In this document: in pieces, positions 1 through 7,118 of the stretch
How positions within the stretch are numbered: the first letter of the stretch is position 1
Layout: each line of letters opens with the position of its first letter
DNA from: Candidatus Methanoperedens sp.
GTDB taxonomy: Archaea > Halobacteriota > Methanosarcinia > Methanosarcinales > Methanoperedenaceae
Assembly: GCA_041494705.1 (NCBI GenBank)
Contig: JBGQBI010000001.1
Coordinates: forward strand, 90,001-122,000
Direction: 5' to 3'
DNA: 32,000 nucleotides
Made by a program: the position numbers and the translations under genes
The notes under the pieces: generated by a model
The model's database searches: none
Seen by the model: the letters and a program-made list of their open reading frames with translations, nothing else
What the model was told of the DNA's origin: nothing

Positions 1-1086
1 TTGCAAATCCCCGCAATGGGCTGAGAAATCATATAGTTCAAGCCTGCAATTAAGCTTTATCGTGTCCCTTCCATCTACTATATACCCGCTTTGCAGCGCT
101 TTTCTCCCGTTTGTATCTTCTGCCTGGTAACCTGTGAGATGGATTTTGGATTTCGGGTCGTCATGAATTTCGCTCAAGTAATAAAGTACCGGGCCCCCGT
201 TTAGCATCCCGGCGCTTGTCACGATTATTGACGGCTCGTTGATAATCTTTTTGCGCTGTTGCGGCTCTACAATACTTGAACTCGAGAAGGCTTTTTTGAG
301 TTTATCAATATCACGCACATTTTCAGGCGACCTTGCTATGAGGTTGAAAACGTCCACTCCCATGCCGTCCACATAAGCAAAGAGACCGTGTTTTTTCAGG
401 ATGAGCATTATTTCCTGCGTTCTCCCGATACTGAAAGCCGGGATTATGGCTTTTCCTCCGCTATCGATTGTCTCTTTTACGGATCCTATAAATCTTTCTT
501 CAAGTATCTTGCGAGGCGTGTGGTTTTTCCCGAAATAAGTGCTTTCGATGAGCAGGATATCGCTCTCAGGCACCTCTTTATCCGCGCCTTCCTGGAGTTC
601 TGTCCGGATTGTGTTTATGTCTCCTGTATATAACAGGCTCTGCTTGTCTTTTTCAAGATAGACCAGGGATGAGCCTGGAATATGTCCTGCATCGTAAAGA
701 CATGCATTATATCCGGATGTCTTGAATTCCTGTTTGTACCCGATTGCCCTGGCTTTGCGCTCGAATTCCTGTATCTCATCTGTATAATAAGGAATGACGT
801 GACCTTTCTTCGCTGCTATTTTGAGTGTATCTCTTGCAAGGAGCGCTGATAAGCGGGCTGTCATGTCCGTGCAATATATTTCAGGTTCAAGGTCCATTAA
901 GTTCGGCACAAGCCCGCAGTGGTCAAGATGACCGTGGGAAATTATTACGGTTTTGGGGCGAAGACCGTTTGAGGGATATTCGGGCGGGTCAGTGGGTTTT
1001 ATCCCGTAATCAAGAAGAAGTTCCTCGTTTACCAGGATGGCAGACCTTCCAACTTCTCCTGCCCCTCCTAAGAATCGTAAATTTAT
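1..1086 (-). CDS. beta-CASP metallo-beta-lactamase-fold ribonuclease (aCPSF2-like); the C-terminal end lies outside the window
   Basis: Absent from the ORF track because it runs off the left edge. My minus-strand translation is stop-free from 1095 down to 1. It reads (I)NLRFLGGAGEVGRSAILVN..VIISHGHLDHCG..YDAGHIPGSS..YTGD..ESTY..HLTGYQ..YDFSAHCGDLQ, i.e. the MBL HxHxDH motif plus beta-CASP motifs A/B/C. There is an in-frame TGA at 1096-1098. No ATG/GTG/TTG precedes the conserved N-terminus; ATA at 1084-1086 is preceded by GAGG 7 nt upstream. Confidence 0.85.
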   Translation of the reverse strand, partial: MNLRFLGGAGEVGRSAILVNEELLLDYGIKPTDPPEYPSNGLRPKTVIISHGHLDHCGLVPNLMDLEPEIYCTDMTARLSALLARDTLKIAAKKGHVIPYYTDEIQEFERKARAIGYKQEFKTSGYNACLYDAGHIPGSSLVYLEKDKQSLLYTGDINTIRTELQEGADKEVPESDILLIESTYFGKNHTPRKILEERFIGSVKETIDSGGKAIIPAFSIGRTQEIMLILKKHGLFAYVDGMGVDVFNLIARSPENVRDIDKLKKAFSSSSIVEPQQRKKIINEPSIIVTSAGMLNGGPVLYYLSEIHDDPKSKIHLTGYQAEDTNGRKALQSGYIVDGRDTIKLNCRLELYDFSAHCGDLQ

Positions 1087-1331
1087 GTTATCGCCTCAGA
1101 TTATTTTTATTTGTTGGCGTAAATAGTTTACATCAGACATAAGTTTAACTCTTGCTTGACATGCATTCTTTCCTATCGAGTTCGCGAATGATTTTAACGA
1201 GCATGCGCCGGTATAGCTTGTGAATGAAGAGGTCAGGAGAGCGGATGGTAGGGAGGGGCTAAGTACACAAAGTCCGTTGGTTGTGTGACCTTGTCGGAAA
1301 GCTTTTAAGTCATTCAACCAGAATTAATACT

Positions 1332-1535
1332 ATGAAAGATGCTTTAGAATATTTCAGAGCAAATCTTGTGAATATGATTGCCAAATACGAAGGGGAGTAT
1401 GTCGCCATCATTGAAGATAAAATCATAGCTCATGGCAAAGATGTAAAAAAGGTCTACCAAGAGGCAAAAGATAAATTTCCTAAAAAGGTTGTGTTCTTAG
1501 GTCAGGTTCCGAGAAAGGAGGCTCTGATTCTTTGA
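1332..1535 (+). CDS. small DUF5678-like protein (67 aa)
   Basis: ORF 1281..1535; the ATG at 1332 gives MKDALEYFRANL..EGEYVAIIEDKIIAHGKDVKKVYQEAKDKFP. This resembles, from memory, small DUF5678-type proteins. Its stop overlaps the next start (TTGA). Confidence 0.55.
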   Translation: MKDALEYFRANLVNMIAKYEGEYVAIIEDKIIAHGKDVKKVYQEAKDKFPKKVVFLGQVPRKEALIL

Positions 1536-1927
1536 GAAAATGTTTCAAGTTTGCAAAGGAAAATTCTTCAAGTCTCGGGATTGTTTATAGACCGATAGCG
1601 AAAGTGGGTTTGAGAGATGCCGGTGGAGATTTGTTCGAATTAAGCATGCTGGTTGATTCCGGTGCCGATATAACGATTCTTTCGAAAAGAATAGGTGATA
1701 TAATGGGCGTGAATGTGGAACAGGGTGAGGCAAAAGTATTCCGGGGAATAGTTGGGGAAATGATAGCTTATGTCCATGAAATACCGCTGTTCATAAATGG
1801 AAAGGAAATTGAAACGAGAGTAGCATTTGCCCTTTCCGAAGTACCAAATTTATTGGGCAGGCTGGATATTTTTAAAAATTTTGAGATAAGTTTCAGGAAA
1901 GAAGAGGATTTTTGCTTCAGCGATTGA
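1532..1927 (+). CDS. retropepsin-like (clan AA) aspartic protease
   Basis: The LVDSGADITILS motif (D-S/T-G-A catalytic signature) sits in a 131-aa protein. The TTG start overlaps the upstream stop. Confidence 0.75.
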   Translation: MRKCFKFAKENSSSLGIVYRPIAKVGLRDAGGDLFELSMLVDSGADITILSKRIGDIMGVNVEQGEAKVFRGIVGEMIAYVHEIPLFINGKEIETRVAFALSEVPNLLGRLDIFKNFEISFRKEEDFCFSD

Positions 1928-1954
1928 TTTTTAGATCAATGAAAGTTGGTTATA

Positions 1955-2245
1955 ATGAAAACACTCAAAGATAGAATGTGTGTTGTATGCGGGCGCAAGT
2001 TCGATGTAAAACTTGAAAAAGGCAATGTAATCCCTATCCAGTTTTTCTATTCAAAGGAACTCGGCAAAGCTCTGACAGGCAAAGAAACGGAATACTGGGA
2101 GTGCGAGTATTGCAGTGGATACATGAAGGAGAGAATGATAGAGTGGATGAATAAAAATTGGGGTACGCGGTGTCCAGATTTTGATGAGAACTGTGCGCTT
2201 TGCAGAGCATGGAAATGTTTTGACTATCTTTTTGAGATGGACTGA
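1955..2245 (+). CDS. Cys-rich zinc-ribbon protein of unknown function
   Basis: ORF 1946..2245, with the ATG at 1955 preferred. It has the CxxC pairs CVVCG and CEYC plus CPDFDENCALC. I recognise no family. Confidence 0.45.
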   Translation: MKTLKDRMCVVCGRKFDVKLEKGNVIPIQFFYSKELGKALTGKETEYWECEYCSGYMKERMIEWMNKNWGTRCPDFDENCALCRAWKCFDYLFEMD

Positions 2246-2304
2246 TGATGCAATAGAAAACCGCAGATGAAGGCGCCCCGAGTCACGCCTCTGGAGGGCG
2301 TGTC

Positions 2305-2417
2305 CACGTATCGCGAAGCGATACGTGTTGTATGGGAGTCGAGAACCGTTAGGTTTCGGTCTGAGAACCCGCAGGGTTTCGGGGTTGGCGCATTCACGTA
2401 TGGCAAAGCCATACGTG
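2305..2417. repeat. composite structured element: two homologous 23-nt perfect palindromes flanking two tandem ~22-nt units
   Basis: CACGTATCGCgaaGCGATACGTG lies at 2305-2327 and CACGTATGGCaaaGCCATACGTG at 2395-2417. Between them are GAGAACCGTTAGGTTTCGGTCT (2341-2362) and GAGAACCCGCAGGGTTTCGGGG (2363-2384). Confidence 0.85.
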
Positions 2418-2499
2418 TCAGAGCGAACAAAAGCAAATAAACAGCAGATTTTAACGAAATACCTTGCAGCGCACCAATATGTTCTCAAAGACGCCTCAG

Positions 2500-2524
2500 C
2501 TTTGCGCTCTTTGCGTGCTTTGCG
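2500..2524 (+). repeat. CTTTGCG x3 tandem (9-nt period), resembling the right half of element A
   Basis: The sequence is CTTTGCGctCTTTGCGtgCTTTGCGgtg. The same CTTTGCG..CTTTGCGGTG module occurs in element A copies at 24080-24098, 25233-25260 and 26019-26036. Confidence 0.85.
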
Positions 2525-2627
2525 GTGTACTGCGCCGCATATTTATTACTTTTTAAATATTAAATCCTCGGCGCCGATATGTTGCCGATGCAACTAAGTC
2601 AGAAGCGCAGCAGAGTTTGAGGCGCGC

Positions 2628-3590
2628 CTATTTCGCAGCTGAAATTCTAATCGCAGCAAGCAGTTCATCAAAGCTATGAGGTTCTTTTAAATTTGTATCA
2701 ATAGTGTGTTTCATAAAATGGAGATTTTTATCTTCTTTTAGGTTTCTTGCAAATTTTGATGCTATTAGAACTCCCGCCAGGCACTCTTCGCCGATGTCTT
2801 TAATGTATTTTTTCAACTGCTCCACATCCTCAAAGCCTGCACTTCCTGATTTTATTTCAAGGATTATCTGCTTTGTCTTTCCTTTCGGATGTACCTCTTT
2901 AATTAATATATCGATGTGCCCTTCTGCAAGCGCTTTTTCGCCGAGAATCTCGAACTCTACACTTTTTTGGCTTGATAATCCAAGATTGTCCAAAAATATG
3001 TCCAGATTATGAGGTTGGGATAGATGCTGACGTATCAGCGATTGCAGGATTAGTTCTCTGAATTGGTATATTTCGGGGGGCTTTCCTTTTTTCGCCCTGA
3101 CAAACTTTGATTTGAAATTTTCATGTAAAGGGAAATCAAAGCTCTCTGCTTTGCCCTTGAAAACCACGCCCATCGCCGTTACATTTGAAAGTGTTGTTTG
3201 ATCTGCTTGGAAGTGAGTTTTCCAATATCCACCTCTCTGAAGCAAGTTTTCGGCAATGTAATAAAACTCTGGTCTCGCCAATGGTTCTTCAAGTTCTCTG
3301 ATGGTTTCCAAGTAAAGGCGGAAAGGGAAATAAACGATTTTTCCTGAATCCTTAAAATGTAGCTGCTTCCAAGGTGGTAGATTTTCAGCATTTGAAATAG
3401 CTTCTTTCTCGATCACTTTGTATAAATTATGAGCTCTTGCGCCATAAAGAAAAGTGATATAATCACCCACGTTTATTTCTGAATATGTCCACGCGCCGTT
3501 GATAGTATTAGGAAATCCTGCAAGAGAGTACTTTTTGCACAAATCCAAGTTTTCACGCGTTGATATCGCAATGAAGAAGTAAGACTCCAT
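2628..3590 (-). CDS. PD-(D/E)XK nuclease-fold protein with a possible N-terminal PUA-like (EVE/ASCH-type) domain
   Basis: ORF 2628..3608 has a TTG start; the ATG at 3590 (MESYFFIAIS) is preferred. The C-terminal EGHIDILIKEV..(10)..IILEIKSGSA fits the D..(D/E)xK motif. The N-terminal reading FIAISTRENL..GDYITFLYGA..NLYKV as a PUA-like barrel is tentative. Confidence 0.6.
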   Translation of the reverse strand: MESYFFIAISTRENLDLCKKYSLAGFPNTINGAWTYSEINVGDYITFLYGARAHNLYKVIEKEAISNAENLPPWKQLHFKDSGKIVYFPFRLYLETIRELEEPLARPEFYYIAENLLQRGGYWKTHFQADQTTLSNVTAMGVVFKGKAESFDFPLHENFKSKFVRAKKGKPPEIYQFRELILQSLIRQHLSQPHNLDIFLDNLGLSSQKSVEFEILGEKALAEGHIDILIKEVHPKGKTKQIILEIKSGSAGFEDVEQLKKYIKDIGEECLAGVLIASKFARNLKEDKNLHFMKHTIDTNLKEPHSFDELLAAIRISAAK

Positions 3591-3608
3591 GGATTGTAAA
3601 TAGCGCAA

Positions 3609-3740
3609 TAACGATCTAAACTTTTCGGTCTATTTAACCAATTTTTTCAGAAGCTGGGTCTTAGTTACAGTTTAATTACACCTTACTTCCAACTTAATTA
3701 TATTCACATAATTAGATCATATTAATTTATATATTATTAA
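3609..3740. promoter_or_regulatory. AT-rich divergent intergenic region between the nuclease and methyltransferase genes
   Basis: This 132 bp is very AT-rich and has several TATA-like tracts (ttaattatattcacataattagatcatattaatttatatattattaa). It lies between divergently oriented starts. Confidence 0.4.
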
Positions 3741-4658
3741 TTGGATCAATATCGATCCTTGCTCGAAATCACAAGGACCGACTACAAACAATTCCTCCAA
3801 TCCCACCCGGAAGTGGAAATCGGAGAAACAAAAATAAAACTCCAGCCAAAGTGGACGATCTCAAAATTCGCCCCCTCCACCTTCACCCCCGAAACCACCA
3901 CGGTATGGAGCTTCCCCGACCGCGGCGACTGGGCTACCCATGTGGGGAATTACAGGGGCAACTGGTCGCCATACATCCCACGCAACCTCATTTTGCGCTA
4001 CACGGCGCCGGGTGAGCTTGTGCTTGACCAGATGGCAGGCTCTGGAACCACGCTTGTGGAATGCAAGCTCCTGGGACGGCGCGCCGTGGGCATGGACATC
4101 AATCCCGATGCCGTCATGGTGGCGCGCAACAGGCTGGATTTTGCTTATACGCCGCTCGATGCTGACTACCAGGCGCCGGAGATTAAAACGTATGTTGGGG
4201 ATGCGCGGTCGCTTGACCTGATTGAGAGTGAGTCCATCGACCTCATCGCCACCCATCCTCCCTATGCCAGCATCATCCCGTACTCGCACAACCGCGAGGG
4301 CGACCTCTCAAGTGTGCACAATATAGCTGAATTCGCAGAGGAGATGCGCCGGGTCGCCGAGGAGTGCATGCGCGTCCTCAAGCCCGGAAGGCACTGCGCC
4401 ATCCTCATGGGTGATTCGCGGCGCAGCAAACATTTCGTGCCCATCACGCCGCGGGTGCTGATGAGCTTTCTTGATGCGGGTTTCATCCTGCGCGAGGATA
4501 TCATCAAGCTCCAGTGGAAGATGAAGAGCACGCGGGAGAAGTGGTTCGGGAAGAAGTACGATTTTTATCTCATTGGGCATGAGCACCTGTATGTATTCAG
4601 GAAGCCGGAGGCGGGGGAGAGGACAACGAGGTTCAGGGAGAGCATGAAGTGGTGGTAG
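3741..4658 (+). CDS. SAM-dependent DNA methyltransferase (N6-adenine/N4-cytosine type)
   Basis: VLDQMAGSGTTLVE is the AdoMet motif I and ATHPPY is a (D/N/S)PPY-type motif IV. The start is TTG. The gene is much more GC-rich than its neighbours: two hand-counted 60-nt lines gave about 60%. Confidence 0.8.
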   Translation: MDQYRSLLEITRTDYKQFLQSHPEVEIGETKIKLQPKWTISKFAPSTFTPETTTVWSFPDRGDWATHVGNYRGNWSPYIPRNLILRYTAPGELVLDQMAGSGTTLVECKLLGRRAVGMDINPDAVMVARNRLDFAYTPLDADYQAPEIKTYVGDARSLDLIESESIDLIATHPPYASIIPYSHNREGDLSSVHNIAEFAEEMRRVAEECMRVLKPGRHCAILMGDSRRSKHFVPITPRVLMSFLDAGFILREDIIKLQWKMKSTREKWFGKKYDFYLIGHEHLYVFRKPEAGERTTRFRESMKWW

Positions 4659-4676
4659 ACTTCGCCTGTAGATTTT

Positions 4677-4703
4677 AATCCTGTCAATCCTGTTAATCCT
4701 ATC
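4677..4703 (+). repeat. AATCCTGTN x3 tandem (9-nt period)
   Basis: AATCCTGTC AATCCTGTT AATCCTATC lies directly downstream of the methyltransferase stop. Confidence 0.85.
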
Positions 4704-4723
4704 AGAAATACTGCACTTTAATT

Positions 4724-4753
4724 GAGTTCGTACGAGTTCGTATGAGTTCGCTG
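4724..4753 (+). repeat. GAGTTCGTAN x3 tandem (10-nt period): partial (left-half) copy of element A
   Basis: The sequence is GAGTTCGTAC GAGTTCGTAT GAGTTCGCTG. It is near-identical to the first 30 nt of the elements at 24027, 25178 and 25964. Confidence 0.85.
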
Positions 4754-4754
4754 T

Positions 4755-4792
4755 TGATTTTTTTCTTTGGAACGGCGCCGCCCTTCGGGCGG
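4755..4792 (+). terminator. oligo-T tract followed by a GC hairpin downstream of the methyltransferase gene
   Basis: TTGATTTTTTTCTTT is followed by CCGCCCttcGGGCGG (4778-4792). Archaeal termination typically uses oligo-T; the function here is inferred only. Confidence 0.3.
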
Positions 4793-4867
4793 GTTGTTGC
4801 CTGGGGTTCTGTTGAAACCTAATAAATACTGATAGCTGGCTATAAATCTGCGTTCATCTGCGGTTCC

Positions 4868-5122
4868 TTATACTGTTACCTGAAATGATTGTCCTATCAG
4901 TTGGAAATTTGACACTTCTTTGCGCTCTAATTTTCTCCTTATCTCTTCGAAGCGTTTGACAGTTTCCTGCAAATAAAGGCGCTCCCCGCAGTGGAGACAA
5001 ACATCTGCTCTGACCCTGATGACGGCGGTGTTGTCGCCCCCTCTCAGAAGCTTCTCAACTTGTTTTTCTACAAGTTCCCCGTCGCAAACAGGGCACTTAT
5101 CGAATGGTTTTGTCTGCGTCAT
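4868..5122 (-). CDS. YgiT/MqsA-type zinc-ribbon protein
   Basis: CPVCDGEL..(27)..CLHCGERLY matches the pattern of YgiT-type zinc-finger (MqsA N-terminal-like) proteins. The protein is 84 aa. Confidence 0.55.
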   Translation of the reverse strand: MTQTKPFDKCPVCDGELVEKQVEKLLRGGDNTAVIRVRADVCLHCGERLYLQETVKRFEEIRRKLERKEVSNFQLIGQSFQVTV

Positions 5123-5270
5123 CGGTTCCTTTTACCGAGCAATCGCGGAGTAGCTCTTCAATAGAGGTTACTTCCTTAACCCGCCCATTTTTTATGTCAA
5201 GGTCGCTTCTGTGCAGCGCTTCCATCGTTTTTGGATTACAGAGAATTTCGATTGTTATCGATTCAGTCAT
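5097..5270 (-). CDS. 57-aa small ORF, possibly antitoxin-like
   Basis: It falls below the ORF-track size cutoff. My translation is MTESITIEILCNPKTMEALHRSDLDIKNGRVKEVTSIEELLRDCSVKGTDDADKTIR. It overlaps the start of the downstream Zn-ribbon gene by 26 nt. It loosely resembles the C-terminal part of the 25643..25834 protein. Confidence 0.35.
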   Translation of the reverse strand: MTESITIEILCNPKTMEALHRSDLDIKNGRVKEVTSIEELLRDCSVKGTDDADKTIR

Positions 5271-5346
5271 GTTTTCAAAATGGATTCATATCCATATAAT
5301 GATTGCTCAAAAAACAGGCGCGGATTCGGAATTTCGCCCCCGCCGG

Positions 5347-6393
5347 CTACCCCTGCGGCTTTAACTCCGGCCTGGGTTCCACATCATATTCATCATATAT
5401 TTCCCCTACAAGCTCCTCCAGTATATCCTCGATAGAAACCAGCCCGATAACCTTCAAGTTATTATCCACTACAACTGCAATATTCATTTTCTTTTGCTGG
5501 AGTTCCTTCAGGATCACTGAAATTTCCCTTCCAGCCTTCACAACAAGAAGCGGGCGCAGAACCTGGAATACCTTAATCTTGGCAAGTTCGTAGTCCCGAA
5601 ACTTCAGGAAATCCTTGGCATAAATCATCCCCACAATATTATCGAAATCTCCCCTGTACACAGGTAATCTTGAATGCCCCGACTTATTAATTAATTCAAG
5701 CGCGATGTCAAGTGTTTCCGATTCCTCGATACATACGATTTTTTCCCTCGGGGTCATGACGCCGTGCGCTTTCCCGTTGGTAAATTCAAAGACCCTGTGT
5801 ATCAGCTCCCTCTCGTGTTTTTCAATAGTTCCCTCCTTTTCCCCGACCTTCACCATCATCTTGATCATTTCCTCTGTAACGAAGGGATGCTTTACCCGTT
5901 CCTTCCCGCCGGTAAGCGCTATAAGGAAATTGACAATCACTGTAAAGAACCAGACAACAGGTCTCAGGATATCAATAAAAATTATTATCGGGTTTGCAAT
6001 ATGCATGGCTATATATTCAGGGTTCCTCGATGCAAGCGTCTTTGGAAAAATTTCACCGAATACAAGAATAAACAGGGTCATTACGCCTGTCGCTATCGCA
6101 ATCCCTGAATGTTCAAAATACCGCAACGCTGCATCGGTTGCCAGGACGGAAGCTGTAATATTGACGATATTATTGCCGACCAGGATAGCTGTAAGGAACT
6201 GTTCCGGGTTTTCAAGTAATTTGGAGACTATTTTTGCGTTTTTATTCCCTGTTTCCGCAAGGTGCTTTATCCTTATCTTACCCACTGAAAGAAGTGCTGT
6301 CTCCGAAAGCGAGAAAAAGGCAGAAAATACAATCAGTACTGATATGATTATTATTTCAATAGTAATCCATGAATCCATTGGATATTTGATCAA
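5347..6393 (-). CDS. CNNM/HlyC-CorC family transporter (DUF21 membrane domain + CBS pair)
   Basis: The hydrophobic N-terminus carries FFSLSETALLS and FGEIFPK motifs, followed by a CBS-pair region (VMTPREKIV..). There is no C-terminal CorC_HlyC domain. Confidence 0.85.
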   Translation of the reverse strand: MIKYPMDSWITIEIIIISVLIVFSAFFSLSETALLSVGKIRIKHLAETGNKNAKIVSKLLENPEQFLTAILVGNNIVNITASVLATDAALRYFEHSGIAIATGVMTLFILVFGEIFPKTLASRNPEYIAMHIANPIIIFIDILRPVVWFFTVIVNFLIALTGGKERVKHPFVTEEMIKMMVKVGEKEGTIEKHERELIHRVFEFTNGKAHGVMTPREKIVCIEESETLDIALELINKSGHSRLPVYRGDFDNIVGMIYAKDFLKFRDYELAKIKVFQVLRPLLVVKAGREISVILKELQQKKMNIAVVVDNNLKVIGLVSIEDILEELVGEIYDEYDVEPRPELKPQG

Positions 6394-6465
6394 TTCTTAT
6401 AATATCGATAAGGTTAAAAATTTAACTGCAAATGTAAATATATAAACGCAGCCTTATCGATAATC

Positions 6466-6720
6466 ATGCTCGTCCTCGCAGAATTCGAATTCGATGCCGG
6501 AAGGAATTCCGGGATAATCTATGAATCATTGCTCCCCGAACTTGCAGAGGATTACCAGAGGACAAAAACAACCCTTACGCTAAAGGATAATTCGCTTATC
6601 CTGAATGTCGAGGCAAATGACCTGGTATCGATGAGGGCTGCCCTTAACGGATGGCTTCGGCTTATTAAAATCACGTATGAGATGTGTACTCTCTCTTTGA
6701 ATACACAAGTTATAAGTTAA
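6466..6720 (+). CDS. KEOPS complex Pcc1-like subunit
   Basis: This 84-aa protein (..IIYESLLPE..LILNVEANDLVSMRAALNGWLRLIKI) has a Pcc1/CTAG-like pattern. It sits immediately upstream of prefoldin beta, as is common in archaea. Confidence 0.6.
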   Translation: MLVLAEFEFDAGRNSGIIYESLLPELAEDYQRTKTTLTLKDNSLILNVEANDLVSMRAALNGWLRLIKITYEMCTLSLNTQVIS

Positions 6721-6759
6721 TGTTGTGCAATACTACACCAGATTTATATGGTGAATTAA

Positions 6760-7116
6760 ATGAGTTCAGAATTACCCCCGCAAATTCAAAACCAGATTGC
6801 CCAACTGCAGCAAATCCAGCAGCAGGCCCAGGCGCTCGCAGTCCAGAAAAACCAGGTCGAAATAAGCTTGAAAGAGACCGAACTGGCTCTTTCGGAACTT
6901 GAAAAACTTGACGCTGATGCCGTGGTATACAGGGCTATCGGCGATTTGTTGATAAAAACCGGACGTGATAAGACCAAGGAATCTCTCATAGAGAAAAAAG
7001 ATACTCTTACCCTCCGCGTTCAGACCCTCGTTCGCCAGGAGGAGCGCATCCAGAAGCGGTTCCAGCAGTTGCAGGAGCAGCTCAAACAGGCAATCGGTAC
7101 TCCAGCCGCCCAATAA
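6760..7116 (+). CDS. pfdB: prefoldin subunit beta
   Basis: This is a 118-aa coiled-coil protein: QIQNQIAQLQQIQQQAQAL..VYRAIGDLLIK..LQEQLK. GGTGA lies upstream of the ATG. Confidence 0.85.
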   Translation: MSSELPPQIQNQIAQLQQIQQQAQALAVQKNQVEISLKETELALSELEKLDADAVVYRAIGDLLIKTGRDKTKESLIEKKDTLTLRVQTLVRQEERIQKRFQQLQEQLKQAIGTPAAQ

Positions 7117-7118
7117 AT

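Noticed and set aside
388-1317. Plus-strand ORFs 388..633 and 825..1142, and minus-strand ORF 1096..1317, lie near the left edge.
   Set aside because: The first two are antisense shadows of the beta-CASP gene. The third lies in the upstream non-coding region, has no motif, and ends in the Shine-Dalgarno region of that gene.
1143-1331. The 190-bp intergenic region upstream of the DUF5678-like gene, and other intergenic gaps, were scanned for tRNA or C/D-box sRNA features.
   Set aside because: I saw no cloverleaf-compatible arms, no T-loop GGTTCGAATC-type motif, and no properly spaced C (RUGAUGA) / D (CUGA) box pairs by eye. A covariance-model scan would be needed to be sure.
3861-4586. Several 90-140-aa ORFs occur on both strands inside the methyltransferase gene (3861..4289 -, 3940..4221 +, 4262..4531 -, 4308..4586 -).
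   Set aside because: This is the expected by-product of the high GC content of this gene. Only the 3741..4658 frame carries methyltransferase motifs.
4677-4753. The short tandem repeats here and within element A were considered as a possible CRISPR array.
   Set aside because: The units are only 9-10 nt, directly adjacent with no spacers, and occur about three times. This is not CRISPR architecture, and no cas genes are present.
5705-6445. A 246-aa plus-strand ORF lies opposite the CNNM transporter gene.
   Set aside because: The minus-strand product has clear DUF21/CBS features. The plus-strand translation is Ser/Ile-rich with no recognisable motif. This is a shadow ORF.
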